A model generated the notes under the pieces. That model saw nothing but the letters and a program-made list of their open reading frames with translations. It made no database searches and was not told the DNA's origin. Both the position numbers and the translations under genes were made by a program. From Terriglobia bacterium (GTDB lineage: Bacteria; Acidobacteriota; Terriglobia; 20CM-2-55-15), in contig CBDAOY010000009.1 in NCBI GenBank assembly GCA_965198225.1, positions 64,001-128,000 of the forward strand: a stretch of 64,000 bases of DNA, given 5' to 3'. The first letter of the stretch is position 1. The number at the start of each line of letters is the position of its first letter. Positions 35,791 to 47,772 of the stretch are shown here, one piece after another.

Positions 35791-37161
35791 TCAACCGCCC
35801 CGCCTTCCGCGAATCCGGCCCTTCTTGAGGAAGCCGTCATAGTGACGCATGATGAGCTGCGATTCGATCTGTTGCACGGTATCCATCGCCACACCGACGA
35901 CGATCAGCAGCGAGGTCCCACCAAAGTAGAAGTTGACCTGCAATCCCTGCGTGATGAATGCCGGCAGAGCCGCATCCAGACCCGGACCGACGATGGGCAA
36001 ACTCTGGACGTGGAAGCCCACCATCATGAACTCCGGGATGATCGCGATCAACGACAGGTAGAGCGCACCCACCAGAGTCAGCCTCGTCAGGATCGTGTTC
36101 AGGTAGTCGGCCGTCCGGCGACCTGGGCGGATACCCGGTATGAAACCGCCAAACTTGCGCATATTGTCCGCTACTTCGTTCGGATTGAAGATGATCGACG
36201 TGTAGAAGTAGCAGAAGAATATGATGGCTCCGACGAACAACAGGATGTAGACCGGCTCTCCGGAACGCAGCGCGCCGATGATACCCTGCACGATGCGGTT
36301 CTCGGAAAACAGGCCGAATGTCTGCGGAAACGTCAGGATCGACGAAGCGAAGATCACCGGGATCACGCCCCCCGTGTTGACGCGTAACGGCAGATGGGTC
36401 GACTGCCCCCCCATCACCCGACGTCCGACGACACGCTTCGCATACTGAACGGTGATACGACGCTGGCCGCGCTCTACGAGCACAATGAAGCCAACGACGG
36501 CGATCATGACGGCGAGGAGAATGATCAGGGTCAGAACCGACCATTCGTTCGTGATGAGCTTGTCGTAGATACCCATGATCGCCGAGGGTAGTCCGACGAC
36601 GATTCCCGCAAAGATGATCAGCGACATTCCGTTGCCGATCCCGCGCTCGGAAATCTGTTCACCCAGCCACATGATGAAGGTCGTGCCGGTCGTCAGCGTC
36701 AGCATCGTCATCAGGATGAAACCCAGACCCGGGGTGATCACGAACTGTCCCTCCCTCTGGAGGGCAAAAGCAATCCCCGACGACTGCACGGCGCAGAGGA
36801 CAACGGTCAGGTAGCGGGTATACGTCGTGATCTTACGGCGACCGAGTTCCCCTTCCTTGGACAGCTTCTCGAGGTATGGCCAGACAACCGTCAGCAACTG
36901 GAGGATGATCGATGCGGTGATGTAGGGCATGATCCCCAGGGCAAAGATCGTCAAGCGACTGAAATTGCCGCCCGAGAACATGTCCAGGAAGCCGAACACG
37001 GTACCTGCGTTCTCGGTGAAGAACTGCTCCAATGCATCGGCATCGATACCCGGCGTCGGGATGAACGCGCCGATTCGGTACACAGCGAGGATCCCGAGCA
37101 TGAAGAGCACCCGCCTCCTCAGGTCCGGCACATTGAAGATGTTCTGGATGGAGTCAATCAC
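35791..37161 (-). CDS. secY: Preprotein translocase SecY
   Basis: FALGIMPYITASII, GIGNGMSL, IPGIRPG, GGTSLLIVVGV. Confidence 0.99.
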   Translation of the reverse strand: MIDSIQNIFNVPDLRRRVLFMLGILAVYRIGAFIPTPGIDADALEQFFTENAGTVFGFLDMFSGGNFSRLTIFALGIMPYITASIILQLLTVVWPYLEKLSKEGELGRRKITTYTRYLTVVLCAVQSSGIAFALQREGQFVITPGLGFILMTMLTLTTGTTFIMWLGEQISERGIGNGMSLIIFAGIVVGLPSAIMGIYDKLITNEWSVLTLIILLAVMIAVVGFIVLVERGQRRITVQYAKRVVGRRVMGGQSTHLPLRVNTGGVIPVIFASSILTFPQTFGLFSENRIVQGIIGALRSGEPVYILLFVGAIIFFCYFYTSIIFNPNEVADNMRKFGGFIPGIRPGRRTADYLNTILTRLTLVGALYLSLIAIIPEFMMVGFHVQSLPIVGPGLDAALPAFITQGLQVNFYFGGTSLLIVVGVAMDTVQQIESQLIMRHYDGFLKKGRIRGRRGG

Positions 37162-37622
37162 GACTTCAATACCTCGCAGGTACCTCCGGCGGCGGTAATC
37201 TTCTCTTGGGCGCCCTTGCTGAAGTGCTGTGCGACGACGTGCACGGCGCGATCGATGGTTCCGTTACCGAGAACTCGCACGCCATCCTTTCTCAACTTGC
37301 GGATGATGCCAGCCGAAACCAGTTCGTCGGCACCGACCTTCGCTCCGGCTTCGATCTCGCCGAGTCGGGCCAGATCACCGACATTGATCGTTGAATGCTG
37401 CTTCTTGAAGATCGCGTTTGTGAAACCCCGCTTCGGCAACCGTCGATGCAGGGGCATCTGCCCACCCTCGAAGCCCCGCTTCGAATGGGCTCCCGACCGC
37501 GACCATTGGCCCTTGTGGCCCCGGCCCGACGTCTTGCCGGTTCCCGACCCCATTCCACGTCCGATGCGCTTCCTCTGGCGCCTCGACCCGGGGTTGGGTT
37601 TCAGTTCGTTAATGCCACTCAT
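37158..37622 (-). CDS. rplO: 50S ribosomal protein L15
   Basis: GRGHKGQ, GFEGGQMPL. Confidence 0.98.
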   Translation of the reverse strand: MSGINELKPNPGSRRQRKRIGRGMGSGTGKTSGRGHKGQWSRSGAHSKRGFEGGQMPLHRRLPKRGFTNAIFKKQHSTINVGDLARLGEIEAGAKVGADELVSAGIIRKLRKDGVRVLGNGTIDRAVHVVAQHFSKGAQEKITAAGGTCEVLKS

Positions 37623-37659
37623 TGCCTGACCTCTCAATCACCAGCGGTGCCGAACCCAT

Positions 37660-37869
37660 TCAGTCCTGATCCTCCAGAATCCTCACCAGATGAGGCACCT
37701 TGGCGACCATCCCCCGGAGTTCGGGGGTATCCTTGAGCTCGCGAACCGCGTTGAGCTTCCGGAAACCGAACCCCTTCACGACACGCTTCTGGTTCCCGTC
37801 ATATCCGATCGCGCTACGGTAGTACTGAACCTTGATCGTGCCGCCCTTCTTTTTCTTGCGTGTTCCCAT
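37660..37869 (-). CDS. rpmD: 50S ribosomal protein L30
   Basis: [21 protein letters not shown]; position in operon. Confidence 0.95.
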   Translation of the reverse strand: MGTRKKKKGGTIKVQYYRSAIGYDGNQKRVVKGFGFRKLNAVRELKDTPELRGMVAKVPHLVRILEDQD

Positions 37870-37873
37870 CCCG

Positions 37874-38416
37874 CTATCCCACCAGTTCCTCGACGGGCTT
37901 GCCCCGGAGACGCGCCACCTCCTTCGGGTCCTTCAGCGATTTCAATCCCGCGAAAGTCGCTTTCACGACGTTGTGTGGGTTGGCCGTCCCGATCGATTTC
38001 GTCAGGATGTTGCTGATCCCGGCGGCCTGCATCACGGCACGGACTGCACCGCCGGCGATCACCCCGGTACCTTTGGCAGCGGGTTTCAAGAGGACGCGTC
38101 CGGCTCCGAATACACCCACAACCTGATGCGGCGTGGTGTCGTTGATGATCGGTACCCGGATCATATTCTTCTTGGCGATCTCGATCCCTTTGCGGATAGC
38201 CTGAGGAACTTCCTTGGCCTTGCCGCTCCCGTAACCCACGTTGCCCTTCTCGTCTCCGACAACCACGAGAGCGCTGAAACTCAGGTTCTTGCCGCCCTTG
38301 ACGACCTTCGTAACACGGTTGATGGAAACCACCGTATCTTTGAGTCCATCCGCGGACTCGCCTCTCTGGTCTCTCCGACCTCTCTGACCTCTCTGACCTC
38401 TTTGATCTCTACTCAC
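37874..38416 (-). CDS. rpsE: 30S ribosomal protein S5
   Basis: [26 protein letters not shown]. Confidence 0.99.
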   Translation of the reverse strand: MSRDQRGQRGQRGRRDQRGESADGLKDTVVSINRVTKVVKGGKNLSFSALVVVGDEKGNVGYGSGKAKEVPQAIRKGIEIAKKNMIRVPIINDTTPHQVVGVFGAGRVLLKPAAKGTGVIAGGAVRAVMQAAGISNILTKSIGTANPHNVVKATFAGLKSLKDPKEVARLRGKPVEELVG

Positions 38417-38432
38417 AGAAACCTCTTATGTC

Positions 38433-38798
38433 CTAGAACTTCAGTCCCGCTTCCCGGGCCGACTCCGCCAGCGCCCGAACGCGCCCGTGAAAAATATGAC
38501 CACCCCGGTCGAACACCACCGCCTCAAGCCCTTTTTCCTTCGCCCGTTCAGCGATCAGCCGGCCGACCGCCTTTGCAGCCTCGACGTTCCCGCCGCGGGC
38601 GGAAGATTTCTGCGCCTCTGCTTCGATCGACCCTGCTGCGGCGATCGTTACTCCCTCTGCGTCGTCAATCAACTGGGCGTAGATGTGTTTGTTGCTGCGG
38701 TACACGGCGAGGCGTGGCCGATCGCCGGTACCCGACAAGTGCTTGCGGATACGCGCGTGGATTCGAGATCGAATCTGGTGTCGGGTCGGTCGCGTCAT
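38433..38798 (-). CDS. rplR: 50S ribosomal protein L18
   Basis: [23 protein letters not shown]. Confidence 0.99.
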   Translation of the reverse strand: MTRPTRHQIRSRIHARIRKHLSGTGDRPRLAVYRSNKHIYAQLIDDAEGVTIAAAGSIEAEAQKSSARGGNVEAAKAVGRLIAERAKEKGLEAVVFDRGGHIFHGRVRALAESAREAGLKF

Positions 38799-39349
38799 CA
38801 GACAGTCCCTCCCGCACCACCGGCCTTTCCGGCCTTCTTCTTGAGGATCTCGCCGACGTAGCGAATGCCCTTGTTCTTGTATGGGTCGGGCTTCTTCAAC
38901 GAACGGATCACGGCCGCGACCTGACCCACCTGCTGCCGGTCGGCGCCCCTCACCGAAATGCGAGTCTGCTTGTCGACCTTCACTTCAATCCCCTCGGGAA
39001 TCGGGTACTCGATCGGGTGCGAAAACCCCAGAGTCAGCATCAGCGAGTCCTTCTTCATCTCGGCCCGGTAACCGACTCCGACGATTTCGAGGTCCTTGGA
39101 AAAGCCGGTGGAGACTCCCCGAACGGCGTTGGCTGCGAGCGCGCGGGCCAGGCCGTGAAACGATCGCTGCGAGCCGCTGTCATCCCGTCTCGTCAGCACC
39201 AATTCCTTGTCCGTCTGCGCGCAGCTGATCCCCGGTGGAAGCGGGCTCGTGAGGCTGCCCTTCGGGCCCGTCACCTCGAGGAAACCTTCCTTCATCTGGA
39301 CCTTGACCTCATCCGGGATCGGTACAGGTTGTTTCCCTATTCTGGACAT
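38798..39349 (-). CDS. rplF: 50S ribosomal protein L6
   Basis: [23 protein letters not shown]. Confidence 0.99.
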   Translation of the reverse strand: MSRIGKQPVPIPDEVKVQMKEGFLEVTGPKGSLTSPLPPGISCAQTDKELVLTRRDDSGSQRSFHGLARALAANAVRGVSTGFSKDLEIVGVGYRAEMKKDSLMLTLGFSHPIEYPIPEGIEVKVDKQTRISVRGADRQQVGQVAAVIRSLKKPDPYKNKGIRYVGEILKKKAGKAGGAGGTV

Positions 39350-39355
39350 GACTTC

Positions 39356-39748
39356 CTAATAGACGTCGCAGAGGATCTCGCCGCCGTGACCGTTCTTGCG
39401 GGCCTCGGACCCGGTCATCACACCACTGGATGTACTCAGGATGTTGATGCCCAGCCCGCCCAGCACTCTGGGAATATCATTCTTACCCACGAAGACACGG
39501 CACCCGGGCCGGCTGACGCGCTGGACAGACGTGATGACCAGCTCCCCTGCCGGACCGTATTTCAGAAAAACCGTCAGTACGGGCTTACCGCTATTCTCGG
39601 CTCTCTTGTAGTTGCTGATGTAGCCTTCTTCTTTCAGGATGCGCGCCAGTTCCACTTTCAACTTCGAAGCAGGGATGGCGACCTTCTGGTGCCGAGCCTG
39701 CAGCGCGTTCCGGATTCTTGTCAGCATGTCAGCGATTGGATCAGTCAT
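39356..39748 (-). CDS. rpsH: 30S ribosomal protein S8
   Basis: DPIADMLTRIRN, SRPGCR, GGEILC. Confidence 0.99.
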   Translation of the reverse strand: MTDPIADMLTRIRNALQARHQKVAIPASKLKVELARILKEEGYISNYKRAENSGKPVLTVFLKYGPAGELVITSVQRVSRPGCRVFVGKNDIPRVLGGLGINILSTSSGVMTGSEARKNGHGGEILCDVY

Positions 39749-39761
39749 TCTCTCCTGTCCT

Positions 39762-39947
39762 CTACCAACTTGATTTCACAACTCCAGGGATCTCGCCCGC
39801 GAGCGACAGGCTGCGGAAACAAATCCTGCAGAGCTTGAACTTTCTCAGGAATCCGCGTGGTCGCCCGCATCGTTTGCACCGGTTGCGGTAGCGTACGGCG
39901 AACTTCTTCTTACGCGCTTCCTTGGCGATGGATGACGTACGAGCCAT
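39762..39947 (-). CDS. rpsN: 30S ribosomal protein S14 (type Z)
   Basis: RCKRCGRPR...CRICFR, 61 aa. Confidence 0.98.
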   Translation of the reverse strand: MARTSSIAKEARKKKFAVRYRNRCKRCGRPRGFLRKFKLCRICFRSLSLAGEIPGVVKSSW

Positions 39948-39955
39948 TCGATCTC

Positions 39956-40498
39956 CTATTGCTGACGGAACGGCATTCCGAGCAGGCGGAGCAGTTCCAG
40001 TGCTTCATCGTCTGTCTGTGCCGTGGTCACGATAGTCACGTTCATGCCCTTGATCTTGTCGACCTTGGCGTAATCGATCTCGGGAAAAATCAACTGATCT
40101 CGAAGCCCCAGCGTATAATTGCCGCGGCCGTCGAACGACTTCGTCGGAACCCCCCTGAAGTCTCGAACCCGCGGCAACGCGATACTCACCAGGCGGTCCA
40201 GGAACTCGAACATTCGCTCGCCCCGCAACGTCACTGCGGCGCCGATAGCCATCTTCTCCCGCAGCTTGAAGTTCGCGACCGACTTCTTTGCCCGGGTGAT
40301 GACGGGTCGTTGACCGGTGATGCGTCCCAGTTCATCGATCGCGGAATCCAGGATCTTGGCGTTCTGTATCGCCTCACCGAGCCCCATGTTGATGACGGTT
40401 TTCTCCAGCCGGGGGACCGCCATGATGTTCTGGTAGCCGAAGTGTTTTACGAGTGCCGGTACGACTTCCTTCTTGTACTGTTCCCTCAATCTGACCAA
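39956..40498 (-). CDS. rplE: 50S ribosomal protein L5
   Basis: [22 protein letters not shown]; TTG start at 40498 after AGGAG. Confidence 0.98.
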   Translation of the reverse strand: MVRLREQYKKEVVPALVKHFGYQNIMAVPRLEKTVINMGLGEAIQNAKILDSAIDELGRITGQRPVITRAKKSVANFKLREKMAIGAAVTLRGERMFEFLDRLVSIALPRVRDFRGVPTKSFDGRGNYTLGLRDQLIFPEIDYAKVDKIKGMNVTIVTTAQTDDEALELLRLLGMPFRQQ

Positions 40499-40514
40499 GT
40501 TCGCTGCTCCTGCC

Positions 40515-40841
40515 CTATTCAAACGCGCTGCCGCACTTCTTACACGTGCGCTCGCGTCGTCCATCGGATAGTAGGGCGATGCCCAGTCGCGTGTGTTCCT
40601 TACAATTCTTGCAGACGATGGCTACGTTGGAGATGTGAATGGGCGATTCCTTCTCCACGATCCCACCCTTGACGTTCTTCTGCGGGTTCGGACGTGTATG
40701 CCGCTTCATCATCTGTACGCCTTCTACGAGGATCCTGTTCTTCTGGGGCATCACGATCAGAACACGTCCTGTCTTGCCACGATCCTTGCCCTTGAGTACG
40801 TAAACCTCATCGTTCTTCTTTATGGGAGGAATCGCGGGCAT
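40515..40841 (-). CDS. rplX: 50S ribosomal protein L24
   Basis: [17 protein letters not shown]. Confidence 0.98.
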   Translation of the reverse strand: MPAIPPIKKNDEVYVLKGKDRGKTGRVLIVMPQKNRILVEGVQMMKRHTRPNPQKNVKGGIVEKESPIHISNVAIVCKNCKEHTRLGIALLSDGRRERTCKKCGSAFE

Positions 40842-41212
40842 CAGATCACCTCCGGGGCGAGTGAAACAATCTTCATGAACTTCTTGTCACGCAGTTCGCG
40901 GGCGACGGGGCCGAATACTCGAGTGCCGATCGGTTCCAGTTGTTCGTTGATCAGGACCGCAGCGTTCTGATCAAAACGAATGTAAGTACCATCCTTGCGG
41001 CGATGCTCCTTCCTCGTCCGCACGATCACCGCTCTCACCACTGTGCCCTTCTTGACGTTGCTGTCGGGTGCTGCTTCCTTAACCGAAGCGGTCACGATGT
41101 CGCCGATGCCGGCTTTCGTGCCGACCGAACCACCCAGAGGCAGGATGCAGGCAAGCCTCTTGGCTCCGGAATTGTCCGCCACCTCCAGGATGGTTCTCAT
41201 CTGGATGCCCAT
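40841..41212 (-). CDS. rplN: 50S ribosomal protein L14
   Basis: [26 protein letters not shown]. Confidence 0.99.
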   Translation of the reverse strand: MGIQMRTILEVADNSGAKRLACILPLGGSVGTKAGIGDIVTASVKEAAPDSNVKKGTVVRAVIVRTRKEHRRKDGTYIRFDQNAAVLINEQLEPIGTRVFGPVARELRDKKFMKIVSLAPEVI

Positions 41213-41214
41213 GA

Positions 41215-41514
41215 CTACATTCCACCGCTCGATGAGGGCTGGACGATCTCCTGCAGCCGCCATCGTTTGCGCTTGCTGGTCGGGCGGGTCTCGACGATCC
41301 GAACCATGTCGCCGGTATGCGCCTTGCCTTCCTCGTCGTGCACGAGGAACTTGGAGCGTCTGGTGATGATCCTCTTGTACAGAGGATGGGGCACCCGACG
41401 GCTTACCTCGACCACAATCGTCTTCTCCATCTTCGTCCGAGTGACGACGCCGACCTTCTCCTGGCGGTGTCGCACTTCCTTCGTCTCTTGCACTTCGGTA
41501 GTTTCCTCTGCCAT
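41215..41514 (-). CDS. rpsQ: 30S ribosomal protein S17
   Basis: [24 protein letters not shown]. Confidence 0.98.
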   Translation of the reverse strand: MAEETTEVQETKEVRHRQEKVGVVTRTKMEKTIVVEVSRRVPHPLYKRIITRRSKFLVHDEEGKAHTGDMVRIVETRPTSKRKRWRLQEIVQPSSSGGM

Positions 41515-41750
41515 TAACCAGCTCCGGAATCAGATGAACGATGCTCTTCTTCGAGCTGTTTCTCGCGGAGCAGCGTCAGCACCCTGGCCCTGTCCCGACG
41601 GAGGTCGCGCAGCTTCTTGAGAGCTTCGGTCCGCCCCATCGTCCACTGGAAACGCAGGCGAAAGGCCTCTTCGGTCATCTGTTCCTGCCTGTTTTCCAGC
41701 TCTTCGGCCGAAAGATCCTTTAGTTTGTTCAGACGATCCGTCGACTTCAC
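41514..41750 (-). CDS. rpmC: 50S ribosomal protein L29
   Basis: [15 protein letters not shown]; position in operon. Confidence 0.95.
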   Translation of the reverse strand: MKSTDRLNKLKDLSAEELENRQEQMTEEAFRLRFQWTMGRTEALKKLRDLRRDRARVLTLLREKQLEEEHRSSDSGAG

Positions 41751-42172
41751 GACACTGTCCTCTGTTCCATCCGGGCGACGAACTTCGTCCGGACGGGCAA
41801 CTTCTGAGCCGCCAGCCGCATTGCCTCGCGGGCTATTTCCTCAGACACGCCTTCCATTTCATAGAGAATCCGGCCCGGCTTGACCGGCGCGACCCAGTAC
41901 TCGGGCGCACCCTTGCCTTTCCCCATCCTTGTTTCTGCGGGCTTCTTCGTCACGGGCTTGTCCGGAAAGATCCGGATCCAGACTTTGCCGCCACGCTTGA
42001 CGAAGCGGGTCATCGCGACTCGGGCCGCTTCGATCTGACGGTCGGTAATCCAAGCTGCGTCGAGGGTTTTCAGCCCATAGTCACCGAACTCCAGGCTCGA
42101 ACCGCGCCATGCCTTGCCTTTCATCCGACCGCGCTGCTGCTTGCGGTACTTGACTTTCTTCGGCATCAACAT
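41747..42172 (-). CDS. rplP: 50S ribosomal protein L16
   Basis: RQIEAAR, RMGKGKG. Confidence 0.99.
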   Translation of the reverse strand: MLMPKKVKYRKQQRGRMKGKAWRGSSLEFGDYGLKTLDAAWITDRQIEAARVAMTRFVKRGGKVWIRIFPDKPVTKKPAETRMGKGKGAPEYWVAPVKPGRILYEMEGVSEEIAREAMRLAAQKLPVRTKFVARMEQRTVS

Positions 42173-42201
42173 AAGAGAAGCTCCTTACCCCCGGACTCTG
42201 C

Positions 42202-42864
42202 TCAGATTCTGGCCGCCACCGGCGTTACCTTTGCCGGCTTTGACAGGATCTCTCCCTTGTAAACCCAGCACTTCACCCCGATCACGCCGTAGGTGGTGTA
42301 AGACTGCGCAAACCCGTAGTCGACATCCGCTCTCAGGGTATGCAGCGGCAGCTGCCCCTGGAGATACCACTCTGAACGGGCGATCTCAGCGCCGTTCAGA
42401 CGACCGCTAACCCGCACCTTGATTCCCTTGGCGCCGAATCTCAGTGCCGAATCGACGGCTTTCCGCATGGCTCTCCGGAACGCGATCCGTTTTTCCAGCT
42501 GCATGGCAATCGATTCCGCCACGAGCTGGGCATCGAGCTCGGGGCGGTGAATCTCCTGGATGTTGATGTAGACCTCGCGATTGGTCTGCTTCTGGACCTC
42601 GACTTTGAGTTTGTCGATCTCGGAACCCTTCCGTCCGATGATGATTCCGGGACGGGAGGTATAGATCGTGATTCGAAGCTTGTTCGCCATGCGCTCAACT
42701 TCGATGTTGGCAACGCCGGCATGCGACAGCTGCTTTTTCAGCTTCCGCTTCAGCTCCAGATCTTCATGAAGCAGCCTGCTGTAGTCTTTCGTCGCGAACC
42801 AGCGCGAGCGCCACGGTTTCGTGATCCCTAGTCGAAAGCCATATGGATGTGTTTTTTGACCCAT
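42202..42864 (-). CDS. rpsC: 30S ribosomal protein S3
   Basis: [24 protein letters not shown]. Confidence 0.99.
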   Translation of the reverse strand: MGQKTHPYGFRLGITKPWRSRWFATKDYSRLLHEDLELKRKLKKQLSHAGVANIEVERMANKLRITIYTSRPGIIIGRKGSEIDKLKVEVQKQTNREVYINIQEIHRPELDAQLVAESIAMQLEKRIAFRRAMRKAVDSALRFGAKGIKVRVSGRLNGAEIARSEWYLQGQLPLHTLRADVDYGFAQSYTTYGVIGVKCWVYKGEILSKPAKVTPVAARI

Positions 42865-42890
42865 TAACTATCCTTCTCCGGTTCTCTCTG

Positions 42891-42920
42891 CTGGCAACTG
42901 ACAACTGGTAACTGACAACT
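42891..42920. repeat. Heptamer array directly after the rplV stop
   Basis: CTGGCAA CTGACAA CTGGTAA CTGACAA CT. Confidence 0.8.
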
Positions 42921-42923
42921 TCT

Positions 42924-43262
42924 TCACTCCCTTTCGCCCAACTCGACAGTGATATGGCTCATCCGGCGCATGTACCTGAAAGCCCGTCCCATCGGTGCCG
43001 GCCGGATCCGTTTGAGCCGCGGGCCTTCGTTGATGTAGGCCTTCTCGATGAAGAGATTGTCGACGTCCACGGTTTCGGAATTTTCGGTTGCGTTGGCGAT
43101 CGCAGACCGAACAACCTTCTCGATCGGACCCGTCGCCCGCTTCTTGGTGAACTGCAGCGTCATGAGTGCTTCGTTCACTTTCTTGCCACGGATCAGATCG
43201 ACTACGAGTCGCGCCTTCTGTGGCGACATCCGAATAAACCGTGCAGTTGCTTTAGAAATCAT
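42924..43262 (-). CDS. rplV: 50S ribosomal protein L22
   Basis: SPQKARLVVDLIRG, SAIANA, SHITV. Confidence 0.99.
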   Translation of the reverse strand: MISKATARFIRMSPQKARLVVDLIRGKKVNEALMTLQFTKKRATGPIEKVVRSAIANATENSETVDVDNLFIEKAYINEGPRLKRIRPAPMGRAFRYMRRMSHITVELGERE

Positions 43263-43275
43263 TCTGTCTTCTTCT

Positions 43276-43367
43276 GTAGGTGCGCCCTATGAAGCTGCCG
43301 GAAGCCCAGGGAACATCGTGTAGGTGCGCTCTATGAGCGCACAGGTGCGGTCACGGACCACACCTAC
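43276..43367. repeat. REP cluster between rpsS and rplV
   Basis: Degenerate copy at 43276, C-type forward 43320-43342, G-type reverse 43345-43367. Confidence 0.9.
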
Positions 43368-43368
43368 G

Positions 43369-43650
43369 CTACCTCGGCGTTACCGCTTTGCCACCCGCCG
43401 CGTGTCCCCGGAACGTCCGGGTCGGCGCAAACTCACCGAGCTTGTGCCCGACCATGTTCTCGGTGACGTAGACGGGAATGAACTTCTTCCCGTTGTGGAC
43501 GGCGAGAGTGTGGCCCACCATTTCGGGCGTGACCGTGGAGCGGCGAGACCACGTCTTGTGGACCTTCCGCTCGTTGCGGGCGTTCATGCCTTCGATCGCC
43601 TTCTCCACGTGAGCGTCGATAAAATAGCCCTTCTTGACAGAACGTCCCAT
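43369..43650 (-). CDS. rpsS: 30S ribosomal protein S19
   Basis: [20 protein letters not shown]. Confidence 0.99.
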   Translation of the reverse strand: MGRSVKKGYFIDAHVEKAIEGMNARNERKVHKTWSRRSTVTPEMVGHTLAVHNGKKFIPVYVTENMVGHKLGEFAPTRTFRGHAAGGKAVTPR

Positions 43651-43655
43651 AACGC

Positions 43656-44477
43656 CTACTTCTTCCTCTTCACGATGAATTTGTCGGTTCGCTTGTTGTT
43701 TCGGGTTCGATACCCGAGCGTCGGCTTTCCCCAGGGCGTCATCGGGTTGTTCCCCTTGACACGCCCCTCGCCGCCTCCGTGGGGGTGGTCCACCGGATTC
43801 ATCACAACGCCTCGAACCGTCGGGCGGACTCCGCGGTGGCGCTTGCGGCCGGCCTTACCCAGGCTGATGTTTTCGTGGTCCAGGTTGCCGACCTGACCGA
43901 CGGTCGCCATGCAATCGACCCTCACCAGGCGCACTTCGCCGGATGGAAGCTTGATGTGCGCGTACTTCCCTTCCCGCGCGACAAGTTGGGCGGAACCCCC
44001 GGCCGCGCGAACCATCTGTGCTCCCTTGCCAGGACGTAGTTCGATGTTGTGGATGGTGGTGCCGAGCGGGATCTTCGTCAGCGGCAGCGCGTTGCCGATC
44101 AGGATGTCGGCCTCCGGACCGGATTCCACCTTCATACCGACTTTCAGGCCGACCGGTTGGAGGATGTACCTCTTCTCACCGTCGACATAAGCGAGCAGAG
44201 CGATGAACGCCGACCGGTTGGGGTCGTATTCGATCGTTTCGACCCTGGCGGGAATCCCGGGCTTGTCTCTTTTGAAGTCGATTACGCGGTACTGCTTCTT
44301 ACTCCCCCCGCCGCGGTGACGGACCGTCATGTGACCGTAATTGTTCCGCCCACTGATCCGCTTCTTAGGCTGGAGCAGTGGTTTATAGGGTTTGTCCGTC
44401 GTAATTTCCTGCTTGTAGTCGACGACTTCCTGGAACCGTCGGGACATTGGAGTCGGCTTGAATTTCTTGATAGCCAC
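43656..44477 (-). CDS. rplB: 50S ribosomal protein L2
   Basis: [22 protein letters not shown]. Confidence 0.99.
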   Translation of the reverse strand: MAIKKFKPTPMSRRFQEVVDYKQEITTDKPYKPLLQPKKRISGRNNYGHMTVRHRGGGSKKQYRVIDFKRDKPGIPARVETIEYDPNRSAFIALLAYVDGEKRYILQPVGLKVGMKVESGPEADILIGNALPLTKIPLGTTIHNIELRPGKGAQMVRAAGGSAQLVAREGKYAHIKLPSGEVRLVRVDCMATVGQVGNLDHENISLGKAGRKRHRGVRPTVRGVVMNPVDHPHGGGEGRVKGNNPMTPWGKPTLGYRTRNNKRTDKFIVKRKK

Positions 44478-44771
44478 CTATATGTCCTCCCCGTACTCGA
44501 TCATTTTCTCGCCTTCGGCCAGGGTCACGTAGGCCTTCTTCCAGGACGGTTTGTAACCGGTGTGGCGGCCGCGACGACGCATCTTTCCGCGCACCACCAT
44601 CGTGCGGACACCCTGGACGCGGACCTTGAAGATGCGCTCGATGGCCTGCTGGATCTGCTGCTTGCTGGAAGCCGGGGACACCTCGAAACAAAGGGTCCGT
44701 TGCTGATCCTTCAACGTCAACCCCTTCTCCGTGATCACGGGGCGGCGGATGACGTCATAGAGCGTGCTCAT
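44478..44771 (-). CDS. rplW: 50S ribosomal protein L23
   Basis: PVITEK, WKKAYVTL. Confidence 0.98.
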   Translation of the reverse strand: MSTLYDVIRRPVITEKGLTLKDQQRTLCFEVSPASSKQQIQQAIERIFKVRVQGVRTMVVRGKMRRRGRHTGYKPSWKKAYVTLAEGEKMIEYGEDI

Positions 44772-45394
44772 TTCGACAGCACCTCCTCGAGGGCCAGGAT
44801 CGACGCTTTCGTGAAGACCAAATGCCTCGCGTTCAGTACCTGATACGGGGTCACCTGCAGACTGGAGATCAGTCGCACTTCCGGCAGATTTCTCGAGGCA
44901 AGGTGGAGATTCGGATTGTCGGCGTGGTCGATTAGCAGGGTCTTGCGGCCCAACCCCAGTTTGCCAAGAGTCTCGGCAAAGAGCTTCGTACGGGGACTAT
45001 CGATGCTGAACCCATCCACGACACTGACTTCCGCGTCCTTGAACTTCAAGCTGAGCGCCGAGCGCAGGGCTGCCCGGAACATCTTGCGGGGAAGGTGATA
45101 CTCGTAACTGCGCGGATGGGGCCCAAACACCGTCCCTCCGGTACGCCAAAGCGGATTCCGAGCTTCTCCGACGCGGGCGCGCCCGGTTCCCTTCTGCCGC
45201 CACGGTTTGCGTCCGCTACCCCTTACTTCATCTCGTGTCTTGGTGGAATGCGTCCCGGACCGATGCGTCGCCAGGTACTGCTTAACGGCGTCGTGCATGA
45301 GGCCTTCGTTGATCGGGGCGCCGAAGACCCTCTCCCCGAGTTCAAGGGTATCGACCACTTCGTTCTGCAGGTTCTTGACTTCGATCTTCGGCAT
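44768..45394 (-). CDS. rplD: 50S ribosomal protein L4
   Basis: KPWRQKGTGRAR, GGTVFGP; ATG at 45394. Confidence 0.98.
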   Translation of the reverse strand: MPKIEVKNLQNEVVDTLELGERVFGAPINEGLMHDAVKQYLATHRSGTHSTKTRDEVRGSGRKPWRQKGTGRARVGEARNPLWRTGGTVFGPHPRSYEYHLPRKMFRAALRSALSLKFKDAEVSVVDGFSIDSPRTKLFAETLGKLGLGRKTLLIDHADNPNLHLASRNLPEVRLISSLQVTPYQVLNARHLVFTKASILALEEVLSK

Positions 45395-45432
45395 CCTGAC
45401 TTTCCTCCGGCCTCGCGTCGGCCGGCCTCGCG

Positions 45433-46059
45433 CTATCCGGCTTTCCGGATGATGATGTAACCGCCGTTCGGTCCCGGCACAGCCCCTTTCAGGAACAGCA
45501 GGTTCTTCTCTTCGTCGACCTGGGCGATTCGCAGACCGCGGACGGTCACTCGATTGGTACCCATCCGACCCGGCATGCGGACACCCTTCAGCACCCGGGA
45601 GGGATAGGCCGACTGCCCGATCGAGCCCGGCGCCCTGTGGAACATCGACCCGTGCGTCGCCCGTCCGCCGGCGAAATGGTGTCTCTTGATCACGCCCGCA
45701 AAACCGCGGCCCTTGCTCGTGCCGATCACGTTGACGCGTTCGTCGGCCTGAAAGATGTCGGCCTGGATCCTGTCGCCGGCCTTCACATCGTCCCCTCCGC
45801 TGACGCCGACTTCGCGCACGAACCGCGCGGGAGCGACGTCGGCCCTCTTGAAGTGTCCAGCCATCGGCTTGGGGACTCGCTGATCCTTGACGAACTCGAC
45901 GAACCCGAGCTGGGCGGCGTCGTACCCCTCCTTCTCTACCGTCTTTCGCTGGACGACGACGCATGGGCCGGCTTGGACGACTGTGACAGGCACAGCAGTT
46001 CCGTCGTCGCGCAGCAGCTGGGTCATCCCCACCTTCTTGCCTAGGATTCCATCAACCAT
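45433..46059 (-). CDS. rplC: 50S ribosomal protein L3
   Basis: [20 protein letters not shown]. Confidence 0.99.
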   Translation of the reverse strand: MVDGILGKKVGMTQLLRDDGTAVPVTVVQAGPCVVVQRKTVEKEGYDAAQLGFVEFVKDQRVPKPMAGHFKRADVAPARFVREVGVSGGDDVKAGDRIQADIFQADERVNVIGTSKGRGFAGVIKRHHFAGGRATHGSMFHRAPGSIGQSAYPSRVLKGVRMPGRMGTNRVTVRGLRIAQVDEEKNLLFLKGAVPGPNGGYIIIRKAG

Positions 46060-46126
46060 TTCTATCTCTTAGCTCTTGGCGATAGCTGCTGGCCCGGGAC
46101 AGCCCCAGAAACCAACCGTCAATCGC

Positions 46127-46456
<330 letters not shown>

Positions 46457-46477
46457 GTTTGCCTTTACCTGCGACAG

Positions 46478-47665
<1,188 letters not shown>

Positions 47666-47772
47666 CGTTGCGCTTCCCTCGTCGTTGTCTGCTTCTCTAT
47701 CCTCGTTCGCTTATCCCGGTCCGGCCTTCTCCCCAACGTAGGCCGTTGGCCGTTATCCGCTGGCCGGTGGCG

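Noticed and set aside
44768-45964. 398-aa ORF suggesting an N-terminally extended L4; similar extensions for L5, L14, L15 and CdaA
   Set aside because: The extensions overlap upstream genes or spacers; better-placed downstream starts give normal lengths
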